Source: an uncultured Candidatus Bathyarchaeia archaeon (lineage in GTDB: Archaea; Thermoproteota; Bathyarchaeia; Bathyarchaeales; DTEX01). From it: a stretch of DNA of 64,000 nucleotides. The notes under the pieces were generated by a model. It was not told the origin of the DNA. It made no database searches and saw only the letters and a program-made list of their open reading frames with translations. This document shows positions 36,186 to 44,691 of this stretch, piece by piece. Where the stretch lies: assembly GCA_964513245.1 (NCBI GenBank), contig CAZELO010000012.1, positions 2,282 to 66,281 on the forward strand, read 5' to 3'. Made by a program: the position numbers and the translations under genes. Within the stretch, counting starts at the first letter, position 1. Each line of letters starts with the position of its first letter.

Positions 36186-36368
36186 AGAGATTCGAACTCT
36201 TATCAGCAAACAAACTTTTATATGGCGGACTGTATTTCTTTCCAATGGTATATCAATATAAAAAAGCAAACTAATAGTGGGGACTTCGGGAGATTTCACG
36301 ATGAAGGACGAATTTGACAAGACCAAACTGGTGCTGTGTTGAGCCATTGTGCCAAGTCAAAGTGCAGA
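36186..36368 (-). repeat. copy 1 of a conserved ~100-180 nt intergenic element (family X); candidate sRNA or decayed small gene
   Basis: Alignable by eye with 42141-42242 and 47484-47640. In minus orientation each copy ends in an oligo-T run (T6, T7, T5AT5). A 14 nt exact block GGACTTCGGGAGAT is shared with copy 3. A block CAAACTG..GCT.TGTTGAGCCAT.GTGCCAAGT.AAAGTGCAGA is shared with copy 2. Confidence 0.6.
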
Positions 36369-36375
36369 TAGTATA

Positions 36376-36520
36376 TTGACCATTTTTGCTTTTAAGGTCT
36401 TACACCGAAGGAAAATGATGCTTCAGCAGACTGAAACTCTGAAGAGAGTAAAATAGGAATTGAAAGATTGCGTGTAAATTAGAGCAGAGTTGAGAATTAT
36501 CACCGGACAGGCAGTAATCC
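36376..36520. repeat. copy 1 of a ~145 nt conserved structured element (family R)
   Basis: Near-identical to 45036-45183, with a few substitutions and two short indels. Both copies conserve the nested stems TTACAC/GTGTAA (36400-36405 with 36472-36477) and CTTCAG/CTGAAG (36421-36426 with 36439-36444). Confidence 0.65.
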
Positions 36521-36684
36521 TCAAATCTCACAAGTTGCTGGAGTTACAAATAGGTCGCAAGAACAAATAATTTTTCAGTCGAAGAGACATCTGAGTTAAC
36601 GGATTTTTTCTATGATGTTTATCTCCAAGACGCAATACTTTTTTATGCGCGCCCAATGTATTATGATAAAGAAAATACTGAGAG

Positions 36685-37995
36685 ATGGGATTTATGGGAT
36701 TTCGAGAATACTTAGAAAGAATCGAGAAGAAAGGGGGTCTTCAAAGAGTAGATGCCAAGGTATCAAAGAGACTAGAGATCTCTGGAATTCTGAAGGCAAT
36801 TGAGCCAACCCAAGTAATATTCAATAATGTCGAGGAATCCGAATTTCGGGTCGCTGGCAATATGTTCTGTACAAAAGATGTGATTGCTGAGTATTTCGGT
36901 GTAACCCCAGCGGATCTTATACCGATGCTTTCTAAGGCTATCTCTGAACGCTCAGAACCAGAGACAGTTTCTAATGCTCCTTGTCAAGAAGTCATCGAGT
37001 CAGGTGTAGATTTGGCCAAACTGCCAATTTTGTTCCATTGTGAAAAAGATGGTGGCAACTATGTTAGCTCTGCTGTTGTTGTTACTCGAGATCCTGATTA
37101 CGGTCAAAATTTGGATTTCCACCGGGCAATGCAGTTCTCAAAGGACAAATTTGCGATAAGAGTGGTTGAAGGTCGTCATTTTCATCAATTCTTAGAGAAA
37201 AACGGCGAATTGGATGTAGCCTTTTGCATAGGGAACACACCTAACATTCTAATTGCTGGAGCAACTTCTGTAGACATCGGAATTGATGAGTTGCACATAG
37301 CAAACGCACTGGAACCAATCAAAGTTGTCAAAGCGTATTCAAATGACCTGTTAATCCCTGCTGAAGCAGAATTTGTTTTGGAAGGACGTGCCTATTTGAA
37401 AGAGAGACATATTGAGGGCCCTTTTGTAGATCTAACGGAAACATATGATGTGGTTAGAGAAGAGCCTGTTTTTGAAGTTAAGAAAATCACTCATAGAAAG
37501 AATGCAATATGGCAAGCTTTGTTGCCAGGCGCGCTTGAACATAAAATATTAATGGGAATGCCTCGGGAACCCACAATTTTCAAGAAAGTAAATGAGAGCG
37601 GTGTGAAGTGCCTAGATGTAAACGTAAGTCCTGGTGGATGTTCTTGGCTACATGCCATCATACAAATTGACAAGAAATCAGAAGAAGACGGCAAAAAGGC
37701 AATAGAAGGCGGTTTCGCTGGACATAGAAGTTGCAAACATGTTTTTGTGGTAGATAAAGACATCGACATCTACAATCCTCTATCCGTGGAATGGGCGATG
37801 GCAACTCGCTTCCAAGGAGATGTTAGAATGATTATTAAAGACAAAGAACGTGGAAGCAGTCTAGATCCCAGCGCTGAACCTGGAACACACATGACCACAA
37901 AAATCGGGTTTGACTTAACCAAACCACTCGTGGCTAAAGGAAAGAGTTTTGACATAGCAGAATTTCCAAAAGTAGATACCAAGAAATATCTTTGA
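36685..37995 (+). CDS. UbiD-family decarboxylase; by context, trans-anhydromevalonate-5-phosphate decarboxylase of the archaeal mevalonate pathway
   Basis: 436 aa with UbiD-like layout (FREYLERIEKKGGLQRV N-terminus, ...GGCSWLHAIIQI...). It sits immediately upstream of the AcnX large and small subunits and mevalonate kinase. Confidence 0.8.
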   Translation: MGFMGFREYLERIEKKGGLQRVDAKVSKRLEISGILKAIEPTQVIFNNVEESEFRVAGNMFCTKDVIAEYFGVTPADLIPMLSKAISERSEPETVSNAPCQEVIESGVDLAKLPILFHCEKDGGNYVSSAVVVTRDPDYGQNLDFHRAMQFSKDKFAIRVVEGRHFHQFLEKNGELDVAFCIGNTPNILIAGATSVDIGIDELHIANALEPIKVVKAYSNDLLIPAEAEFVLEGRAYLKERHIEGPFVDLTETYDVVREEPVFEVKKITHRKNAIWQALLPGALEHKILMGMPREPTIFKKVNESGVKCLDVNVSPGGCSWLHAIIQIDKKSEEDGKKAIEGGFAGHRSCKHVFVVDKDIDIYNPLSVEWAMATRFQGDVRMIIKDKERGSSLDPSAEPGTHMTTKIGFDLTKPLVAKGKSFDIAEFPKVDTKKYL

Positions 37996-38007
37996 CACAA
38001 GGATTGA

Positions 38008-39207
38008 ATGAAAATGAAATTAACCCCAGAAGAGCAAGACATGCTGGACGGCAAGCACGGAAAAGCAGCTCGGAAATCCATGGAAATACTGACCACACTG
38101 GGTGAGATTTTCAATGCTGAACGCATGGTTGATATTTGTAGCGTTCAAATAGCCGGGGTTTCCTATGCGAATCTTGGCGAAGCAGGACTAGAATTCCTAA
38201 ACGAAATGGCTGAAGACGGAAAGGTCAAAGTCTTGACGACTTTGAATCCTGCAGGAATGGACCGCGAAAACTGGCAAGCACTAGGAATAGATAAGCAGTT
38301 TGCCGAAAATCAAAATCGCGTAATAGACGCCTTTGCCAAAATGCGTATAATTACGACATGTTCTTGCACCCCGTATTTTATGGGAAATGTTCCACATTTT
38401 GGGCAACATATCGCGTGGGCCGAAAGTAGTGCTGTGTGTTATTCAAACTCAGTTATTGGCGCTCGAACTAATCGCGAGGGAGGCCCAAGTGCATTGGCTT
38501 CAGCCCTAACTGGAAAAACACCTGAATACGGTTATCATTTAGACGAAAATCGCCACGGTCAAGTCTTAGTAAAGGTGAACGCTCCAGTCAAAGGCACTGA
38601 CGAGTTTGGCGTATTAGGAAAAGCAATCGGTGACAAACTAGTTGAAATGGGAAGAAAGATCCCCTTTATTGCAGGAATCCCTTCCGCCATCGTTGAGGAA
38701 CTTAAGTCGTTTTGTGCATCCATTGCCACCTATGGCGGAACAGCATTGTTCCACATGGAAGGCATCACTCCTGAGTGTGATAGATATCCCAAACCAAGTG
38801 ATACTGTTTTTAAGATTGATCGAGAAGACTTGGCAAAAGCCCGATCTGAACTTGTTGATAACGGTCTCGAAATAGATTTTGTCAGTGTTGGTTGCCCTCA
38901 CGCTTCGATCAATGAAATAGCAAGAATCGCGAGTCTATTGAAGGGAAAGAAAGTAAAAAAAGAATTTTGGATTACAACTGCTCGACCCATAAAGAGAATT
39001 GCCGATGAAGCAGGCTATTCCAAAATTATTGAAGGTGCTGGAGCAAAATTCGCAGCGGATACATGCTGCGTTGTAGCTCCAATCAAAGGACGCTTCAAAG
39101 GCATGATGGTAGATTCTGCTAAGGCATGCTACTATGGCCGTGCAAGGAATAAGTTCAAAGTGAAGATTGGTCCGATCGAAGAATGTGTCGAGGAGGCAAC
39201 GAAATGA
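38008..39207 (+). CDS. aconitase X (DUF521) large subunit; phosphomevalonate dehydratase large subunit
   Basis: MKLTPEEQDMLDGKHGKAARKSMEILTTLGEIFNAERMVDICSVQIAGVSY is the characteristic AcnX/DUF521 N-terminus. 399 aa. Confidence 0.85.
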   Translation: MKMKLTPEEQDMLDGKHGKAARKSMEILTTLGEIFNAERMVDICSVQIAGVSYANLGEAGLEFLNEMAEDGKVKVLTTLNPAGMDRENWQALGIDKQFAENQNRVIDAFAKMRIITTCSCTPYFMGNVPHFGQHIAWAESSAVCYSNSVIGARTNREGGPSALASALTGKTPEYGYHLDENRHGQVLVKVNAPVKGTDEFGVLGKAIGDKLVEMGRKIPFIAGIPSAIVEELKSFCASIATYGGTALFHMEGITPECDRYPKPSDTVFKIDREDLAKARSELVDNGLEIDFVSVGCPHASINEIARIASLLKGKKVKKEFWITTARPIKRIADEAGYSKIIEGAGAKFAADTCCVVAPIKGRFKGMMVDSAKACYYGRARNKFKVKIGPIEECVEEATK

Positions 39208-39593
39208 AACTGAAAGGGCGAAAAATCTACAAGGGCATTGCTAGAGGAGAAGCGATTGTCACTAAAGATGGAATCTCATTTTATGGTGGCGTTGACCCTG
39301 ACACAGGGAAGGTCGTAGAGGTTGGGCACCAACTTGAAGGGCAATCAATAACTGGAAAGATACTAGTGTTCCCAACCGGCAAAGGTTCTACAGTTGGATC
39401 TTACACGATATATAGGATGAAGAAAAACAATACAGCTCCGGCAGCAATAGTGAACGAGCAGATCGATACAATCATAGCAGTAGGTTGCATAATAAGCGAA
39501 ATTCCATGCGTGGACAAGATTGATATTAGTGATATTAAGACTGGACAAAAACTAACTGTCAATGGTACAGAAGGGACCGTGGAGGTGCAATAG
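39204..39593 (+). CDS. aconitase X (DUF126) small subunit; phosphomevalonate dehydratase small subunit
   Basis: GRKIYKGIARGEAIVTKDGISFYGGVDPDTGKV...GKILVFPTGKGSTVGSY...AAIVN matches the DUF126 swivel-domain protein. ATG 39204 overlaps the upstream stop (ATGA) and follows AGGAGG at 39191. The track start at 39183 is probably too early. Confidence 0.85.
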   Translation: MKLKGRKIYKGIARGEAIVTKDGISFYGGVDPDTGKVVEVGHQLEGQSITGKILVFPTGKGSTVGSYTIYRMKKNNTAPAAIVNEQIDTIIAVGCIISEIPCVDKIDISDIKTGQKLTVNGTEGTVEVQ

Positions 39594-40529
39594 ATGGGTA
39601 CTGGGAAGGGCTTTGGAAAGACGATACTGTTTGGAGAGCATTTTGTGGTCTATGGGTTGCCAGCAATCGCGTCAGCGTTAGGGACTTCTACCACCGCAGA
39701 AGTTAAGGTGGTCAAAGGAAAAGGATGGACTGTCAAAGATCAGAGACCTGCCACTCCCGGTTACAAAGAAAAGAAACACGACGAGGCAATGCGGTCAATT
39801 GCCAACATAATCAATCTCTTGAAGATAGATATTGAGAATCAAAGGCTTGAAATATCTTTTGCTGGTGATCTGATTGCTGCAAGCGGAGTTGGTGCTTCTG
39901 CCGCGCAATGCACTTCTTTGGCTCGCGCTTTGAGCGAGACCTTTAATCTCAAACTGAACAACGAAGAGATAAATGAAGCCGCCTACGAAGGAGAGAAAGC
40001 ATACCACGGAACACCTTCTGGCATCGATAATACAGCCTCTACCTATGGCGGTTTGATCTGGTTTGCAAAAAACATGGGTTCGGGAAAAAATACAATGGAA
40101 CTCCTGCAATCGCCAAGAAAGATGCTAATAGTGATAGCAAATTCGGGAATAACAGCCTCAACAACAGAAGTAATTGCTGACGTCCGGCGGTTAAAAGAAG
40201 AAAACCCTAAAAAAATCGAAAAGATTTTTGGTGAATACAAGAAACTCGCAGAAGAAGCAAGAAAGGCTCTACTTGAAGGAGATACTGCAACCGTAGGTAG
40301 CTTGATGAATAAAAACCACAGAATGTTACAGCAAATCATGGTATCAGGAGAAATCAATGATAAATTGGTTGGAATAGCTTTGGAAAATGGGGCCATCGGC
40401 GCAAAATTGACAGGAACAGGCCGAGGTGGCTTGGTCATCAGTCTGGCTGAAAATGAGGACATACAGGAAAAAATTGCCAATGCCACAGAGAAAAAAGGAT
40501 ACAGCGCTTGGAAAACAACGATAGGATAA
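39594..40529 (+). CDS. mvk: mevalonate kinase
   Basis: GHMP kinase. N-terminal GKTILFGEHFVVYGLPAIA, motif 2 SGVGASAAQCTSLARAL, C-terminal KLTGTGRGG. Confidence 0.9.
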   Translation: MGTGKGFGKTILFGEHFVVYGLPAIASALGTSTTAEVKVVKGKGWTVKDQRPATPGYKEKKHDEAMRSIANIINLLKIDIENQRLEISFAGDLIAASGVGASAAQCTSLARALSETFNLKLNNEEINEAAYEGEKAYHGTPSGIDNTASTYGGLIWFAKNMGSGKNTMELLQSPRKMLIVIANSGITASTTEVIADVRRLKEENPKKIEKIFGEYKKLAEEARKALLEGDTATVGSLMNKNHRMLQQIMVSGEINDKLVGIALENGAIGAKLTGTGRGGLVISLAENEDIQEKIANATEKKGYSAWKTTIG

Positions 40530-40606
40530 GAGAGACAGCACCAACTTCACGCAGACAATCATGACTCCAGCGGTCGAATCTACCGTTGCTAAGGACGAAG
40601 AGACAG

Positions 40607-41572
40607 TCAATTGAATAGTTCCTCACAAAATGAGCGTAGTTCTTGCCACAATGCCAAAACTGATTCGCATACCGTTTCTCTGCTGTGAAAAATCGTGGGC
40701 TGTTCGATTGATTTTTGATATAGTCTGAGAACGCTTCTTCTCAAGAACTCGGTAGTGGCAGTTTGAGTCAATTTTGTAAATGCCTTGTTTACTCCATCCC
40801 TTTCAGGTTTCGGTGACAGAGGATCCTCCAAAAAGCTACAAACTTCTGCTATATCTGGCAGATAAGTACTTGTTCCTGCTAGTTGGAGCTGATATATCCT
40901 CTTGACGTTGGTCTTCTTTCTCATCTTCTTCAGTTCTTTCAAAATAGAATTATTAGCTAGTTCCTGAAATCTAGTGTTTGTCTCGATATTGCTCATTAAA
41001 TACTCGAATATTTCTGAATGGTAACCATTGGATATTGCGTATTCAGATGCCAGGTGTTCTTCTGAAGCCATTGCGAGCTTGAGTAAGACATCTCGGACTT
41101 CTTGATCGCTAAGCAATTCCAAGGTCTCATGAAAACGGGCAAAATCGGGTCCGACATTTGTCACAAAAGATGTCATAACGCCTCTTTCGAACCAGTCCTT
41201 CAGGTGCCCGATCTCGTGGGCTATCAGACCAGTGAGACCTTCACGAGAATATCTTTCCCTAGAGATATCATGAACTATTATTATCTGGGGAACACCAAAA
41301 TCTAGAGAGGAAAATGACGGCAGGACATATTGTCTAGTGACAGACTGCTCCATCCTTGAAATCATTTCTGTTTCAGCATATGTTCTATGCAGATCTTCCA
41401 ATCTTGTTTTTTCGAAGAGGCGTAATGCGTCTTCATCTTCACATATGTGTAGATCAATAATCATAGGTTCTTTGAGCACAACGTCTGCACAGTTCTGGAC
41501 CAGATCAGAGATTGTCTCCGCAGAAACGCGATCTACACCTCCGTGTATGTGTTGCACGACACGAGTCAGCAC
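40607..41572 (-). CDS. hypothetical protein with an HExxH motif (possible metallopeptidase)
   Basis: 321 aa. GLTGLIAHEIGHLKDW is the only recognisable motif. Confidence 0.4.
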   Translation of the reverse strand: MLTRVVQHIHGGVDRVSAETISDLVQNCADVVLKEPMIIDLHICEDEDALRLFEKTRLEDLHRTYAETEMISRMEQSVTRQYVLPSFSSLDFGVPQIIIVHDISRERYSREGLTGLIAHEIGHLKDWFERGVMTSFVTNVGPDFARFHETLELLSDQEVRDVLLKLAMASEEHLASEYAISNGYHSEIFEYLMSNIETNTRFQELANNSILKELKKMRKKTNVKRIYQLQLAGTSTYLPDIAEVCSFLEDPLSPKPERDGVNKAFTKLTQTATTEFLRRSVLRLYQKSIEQPTIFHSRETVCESVLALWQELRSFCEELFN

Positions 41573-41689
41573 GGACCAGCACCAAAGGGATAATTGTATA
41601 AAGAGATATTTGTGTCTTAGTCAAGCTATTAAGCAGTTGATGCCTCTCGGCGAAATCTTAGCATCAGAAAGAATTCTACATCTAACAAT

Positions 41690-42140
41690 CACAACTTTTC
41701 TGAAAAGCACATTCTAGAAAAACTCAGCCAAAGGAGAAGAAGAACAAGCCTTATTGAAACCTTATCAGATGCTTTTTCTACGCTCAGAAAATATACCGGA
41801 ATGGTCTTGGATAAGAAAGTAAACCTAGACGACTTTCATAAGCAAGCGTCTCTCTAAGAATCCAGATCGATATGCCAGCAACATACAACAAGCCATAGCA
41901 GCCAGACAACTCTGTAATCAAGGATTAGAAGTCAGAGCGGGTCAGACTGTGGAGTACATCATTTTGGACGCAGACAACAAACATCCCGAAAGACGTATCG
42001 TAGCAAAACAATTGATGAAATCCGGGTCCCCTTACGATGCAGAAGAATACATCAGCCTCCTAGACGATGCTCTAAACAGCATTCTTTCCCCATTCATTTC
42101 AGAAAGAAGAGACCTCACAAGAAAAGTCAAATCACATTAA
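41690..42140 (+). pseudogene. remnant of a family-B DNA polymerase gene (C-terminal thumb region only, frameshifted)
   Basis: Frame 41829-42140 reads ISKRLSKNPDRYASNIQQAIAARQLCNQGLEVRAGQTVEYIILDADNKHPERRIVAKQLMKSGSPYDAEEYISLLDDALNSILSPF...RRDL. This aligns residue-for-residue in pattern with the archaeal PolB C-terminus (...YKAxGPHVAVAKxLAxxGVKIxPGxVIxYIVL...YDAEYYIENQVLPAVxRIL..FGY). The preceding segment HILEKLSQ...LDKKVNLDDF lies in another frame (junction at T3, 41834-41836). No palm or exonuclease domains are present. Confidence 0.5.
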
Positions 42141-42242
42141 CAAAAAAAGAAGAGGATTTGCGGGGGATTTCACTATTTAGGACGAATCTAATAAAACCAA
42201 ACTGCCGCTCTGTTGAGCCATGGTGCCAAGTTAAAGTGCAGA
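42141..42242 (-). repeat. copy 2 of the family X element
   Basis: See 36186-36368. It lies directly downstream of the radical-SAM stop codon and ends in T7 (minus orientation). Confidence 0.55.
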
Positions 42243-42257
42243 ACTACCTCTTGAAGG

Positions 42258-43695
42258 CTAGTCAGAAAGCGCGTGAGCCATGTTTTTGAATTGGTTAACA
42301 ACACCTCTGCCAGCCATATACCAATAGATTTTCCTTTTCAATTTGTTTCTGGAAAATATGCCCATAGTCCTTCTCTTCAGAGAACCGTAAAAGCTTCTGT
42401 AGCATCTGTAGAGTTCTTGTTGGACCTCGTTTCTTGACAGTGTTTTCGTCGGCATGATAGCGTGAGCCATATCATAATGCGACCAGTTGAAATCTTCGAT
42501 CCATCCGTTTCTTCTAGCTTCCTCGAAGATCTCGGTTCCCGGAAGGGGCGTTAGCACAGTAAATATGGAAAAATCTGGATCCAATTCGTTTGCAAATAGC
42601 CTCAAGTTTTCAATTGATTCAGCCGTGTCTTTTCGTTCACCTATGACAAACATGGCATGGGCGAAGATTCCGTTCTCCTTTATCGATTTCACAGCTTCTC
42701 TTGTGTCTTCCGCATTTATGCCCTTCCCAAAACTCTTGAGAGTCGAGTCTCGGGGACTCTCCGCTCCAACCATGATCCAGTGAAGACCAGCCTTCCGCAT
42801 TTGGGGTAAGACTTCTATTTTTTACTACATCATCGCATCTCCATTGTATAAACCACATCAAATCATCCCCGATTCTTCGCTTGACGAGTTCATTTGCTAG
42901 GTTCTTCGCACGGCATCCTGAGCCGAAATTGTCATCCGTCAGCCAAATGAATCGGCTCCCAAATTTCTGGTGGCAAAATTCTATCTCATCCGCAATTCGT
43001 TTAGGCGTTTTCATTCTACAGACTCCATGCCAGTGTCGCCACTGCGTGCAAAAAGAACAATGATGTATACAACCCCTTGAACCTTCAATTAGAGCATATG
43101 GAGCTTTTCGACCAGCCATAGCTGCGAAATGATATTTGTGAACAACATCCCTGACAAGGTGGTACCCAGGAAAAGGAAGTTCGTTGAGATCTTCAATCAA
43201 AGGTTGAGGAGGATTGTGGAGGATTCTTCTCCCGTTTCTAAAGGAGATTCCCCTTGTTTCTGTAAAGGGTTCTTCTTTTCTGAGATTGTTAACAAGTTCT
43301 ACAAGGGTTTTTTCCCCCTCCCCTCGCACTATGACATCTATTTCTGGGTAGGCTTCCAGGCTTTCTTGTGCTGTCGCTGTGAAATGCTGACCTCCGGTGA
43401 CTGTGAGGATGTTGGGGTCCATTTTCTTGGCGATTTCAAGTGTTCTGGCAACCACGTATGTATTGCAGGTGGCCAAAGCGCTTGAAGCGACAATATCAGG
43501 ATTGAACGATTCCATATGCCTTTCTAGGCCTCTCCAATCGACTTGTTCAGCATTACAATCCAAAACTTTGATTTCGGCATCTTTAACTTCTCTTTCCAGA
43601 TACGCTGCTAGTTGGATGATACCGAATGGCGGAGGCAGATACTCTCCCATAACAAACCATGTATCCTTAGGAGGTTCAACAAATAGTATTTTCAT
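42258..43695 (-). pseudogene. B12-binding-domain radical SAM protein interrupted by a single-base frameshift (or sequencing error)
   Basis: The two track ORFs (42637-43731 and 42258-42800) overlap in different frames. The N-terminal part has a B12-binding Rossmann-like domain and IEGSRGCIHHCSFCTQW (CxxxCxxC). The C-terminal part continues the family pattern (MRKAGLHWIMVGAESPRDSTL...). Removing one A from the sense A6 run (plus-strand T6, 42818-42823) reads ...RCDDVVKIEVLPQMRKAGLHWIMVGAES in one frame. Likely start MKILFVEPP at 43695. Confidence 0.75.
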
Positions 43696-43921
43696 CCATT
43701 GTTTCACCATACACATAGTGTACAGCTCCATTGTCTCATAAGAATTTGTCCAAGTTTTGCTAGAGTGCGGTCCATTATCGCGATGTCCAGTATTCTCACA
43801 AAAACTTATGAGTGCCGAAGCTTACATTTCGATAGAGGATTGAGGTATCATGGTTTTCTGTTCTAGATGCAGTAGAAGAGTGAATATTTGAATAGCACAT
43901 AAAGACCCGATCACTCGACAA

Positions 43922-44677
43922 ATGTCGAAGGAACCTGTTTTGAACAAGCCAGCAAGAATGTCCGGTATTCTTTCTATTTGCTACGTCAGTGTTTCACTGT
44001 CCGGGCTGTTTCTCCTAGCTATGTTGACGCTGAACGCTCCAATATCTACGTCGAATCTTGCCATGCAAAAACAACTGACAGGTTCGATTTTCGGAGGGAT
44101 CTGCATTCTCGGAGCGTTGGCTGGAATTGGGCCTTCAAAATGCTTACACATGCTTTGTTTCAAGAGAATTCTAGATAAAAGCTCTGACAATACCGGACAA
44201 TCAGAAAACAAAGAAAAAACTCCTAAGTTAAGGGGACACCATCCCGCCTGCGGAAAATTCTCTTCTCATATTATCGAGTTGGGTGGCAGAACCTATTGCG
44301 CAGGCTGCATGGGTCTGGTAATAGGTGCTATGATCTCATTAGTCGGGAACCTGTTGTATTTCTTTGTTGGCTTTCATGCGGGAGAAGCAGCCGTTTTCGT
44401 TTTTTGGTCAGGGTTCTTCGGTATTACTTGTGGATTGCTTCAGTATTACCTGCCCTTCAACAAACGTGAAATTCATTCTTTCCTGAATGTTGTTTTTGTT
44501 TTTGGGTCCTTTCTCCTTCTGATTGGTGTTGATGAAATGCGCAGTAGTTTGATTCTCAATTCCTATCTACTGACTTTGATCGTCTACTGGATATTTGCGC
44601 GGATAGCGCTGTCCCAAATAGAGCATGAAAAAATATGTTCATCTTGTAGTTCGAAATCGTGCGTTTTCTCTAGATGA
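43922..44677 (+). CDS. polytopic membrane protein with a Cys motif (DUF2085-like, tentative)
   Basis: 251 aa with about 6 hydrophobic helices. HHPACGKFSSHIIELGGRTYCAGCMG resembles the CH..P.RSF....CaRCtG motif of DUF2085 proteins. Confidence 0.4.
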   Translation: MSKEPVLNKPARMSGILSICYVSVSLSGLFLLAMLTLNAPISTSNLAMQKQLTGSIFGGICILGALAGIGPSKCLHMLCFKRILDKSSDNTGQSENKEKTPKLRGHHPACGKFSSHIIELGGRTYCAGCMGLVIGAMISLVGNLLYFFVGFHAGEAAVFVFWSGFFGITCGLLQYYLPFNKREIHSFLNVVFVFGSFLLLIGVDEMRSSLILNSYLLTLIVYWIFARIALSQIEHEKICSSCSSKSCVFSR

Positions 44678-44691
44678 GTGCACTTGTTGAT

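Noticed and set aside
35826-36347. 173 aa minus-strand ORF beginning MAQHSTSLVL
   Set aside because: The S/L/F/R-rich composition looks like an antisense artefact of the plus-strand frame 35920-36141. It runs straight through an oligo-T run and a tRNA-T-arm-like fragment. Only its first ~35 codons are conserved with the other family X copies, so I report the conserved element rather than this long CDS.
36411-36444. C/D-box sRNA reading of family R (ATGATGC ... CTGA ... CTGA)
   Set aside because: The putative C box is not conserved in copy 2 (ATGGTGC). The spacers are too short (9 nt and 4 nt). No C-prime box or terminal stem is present. The CTGA strings are part of the conserved hairpin.
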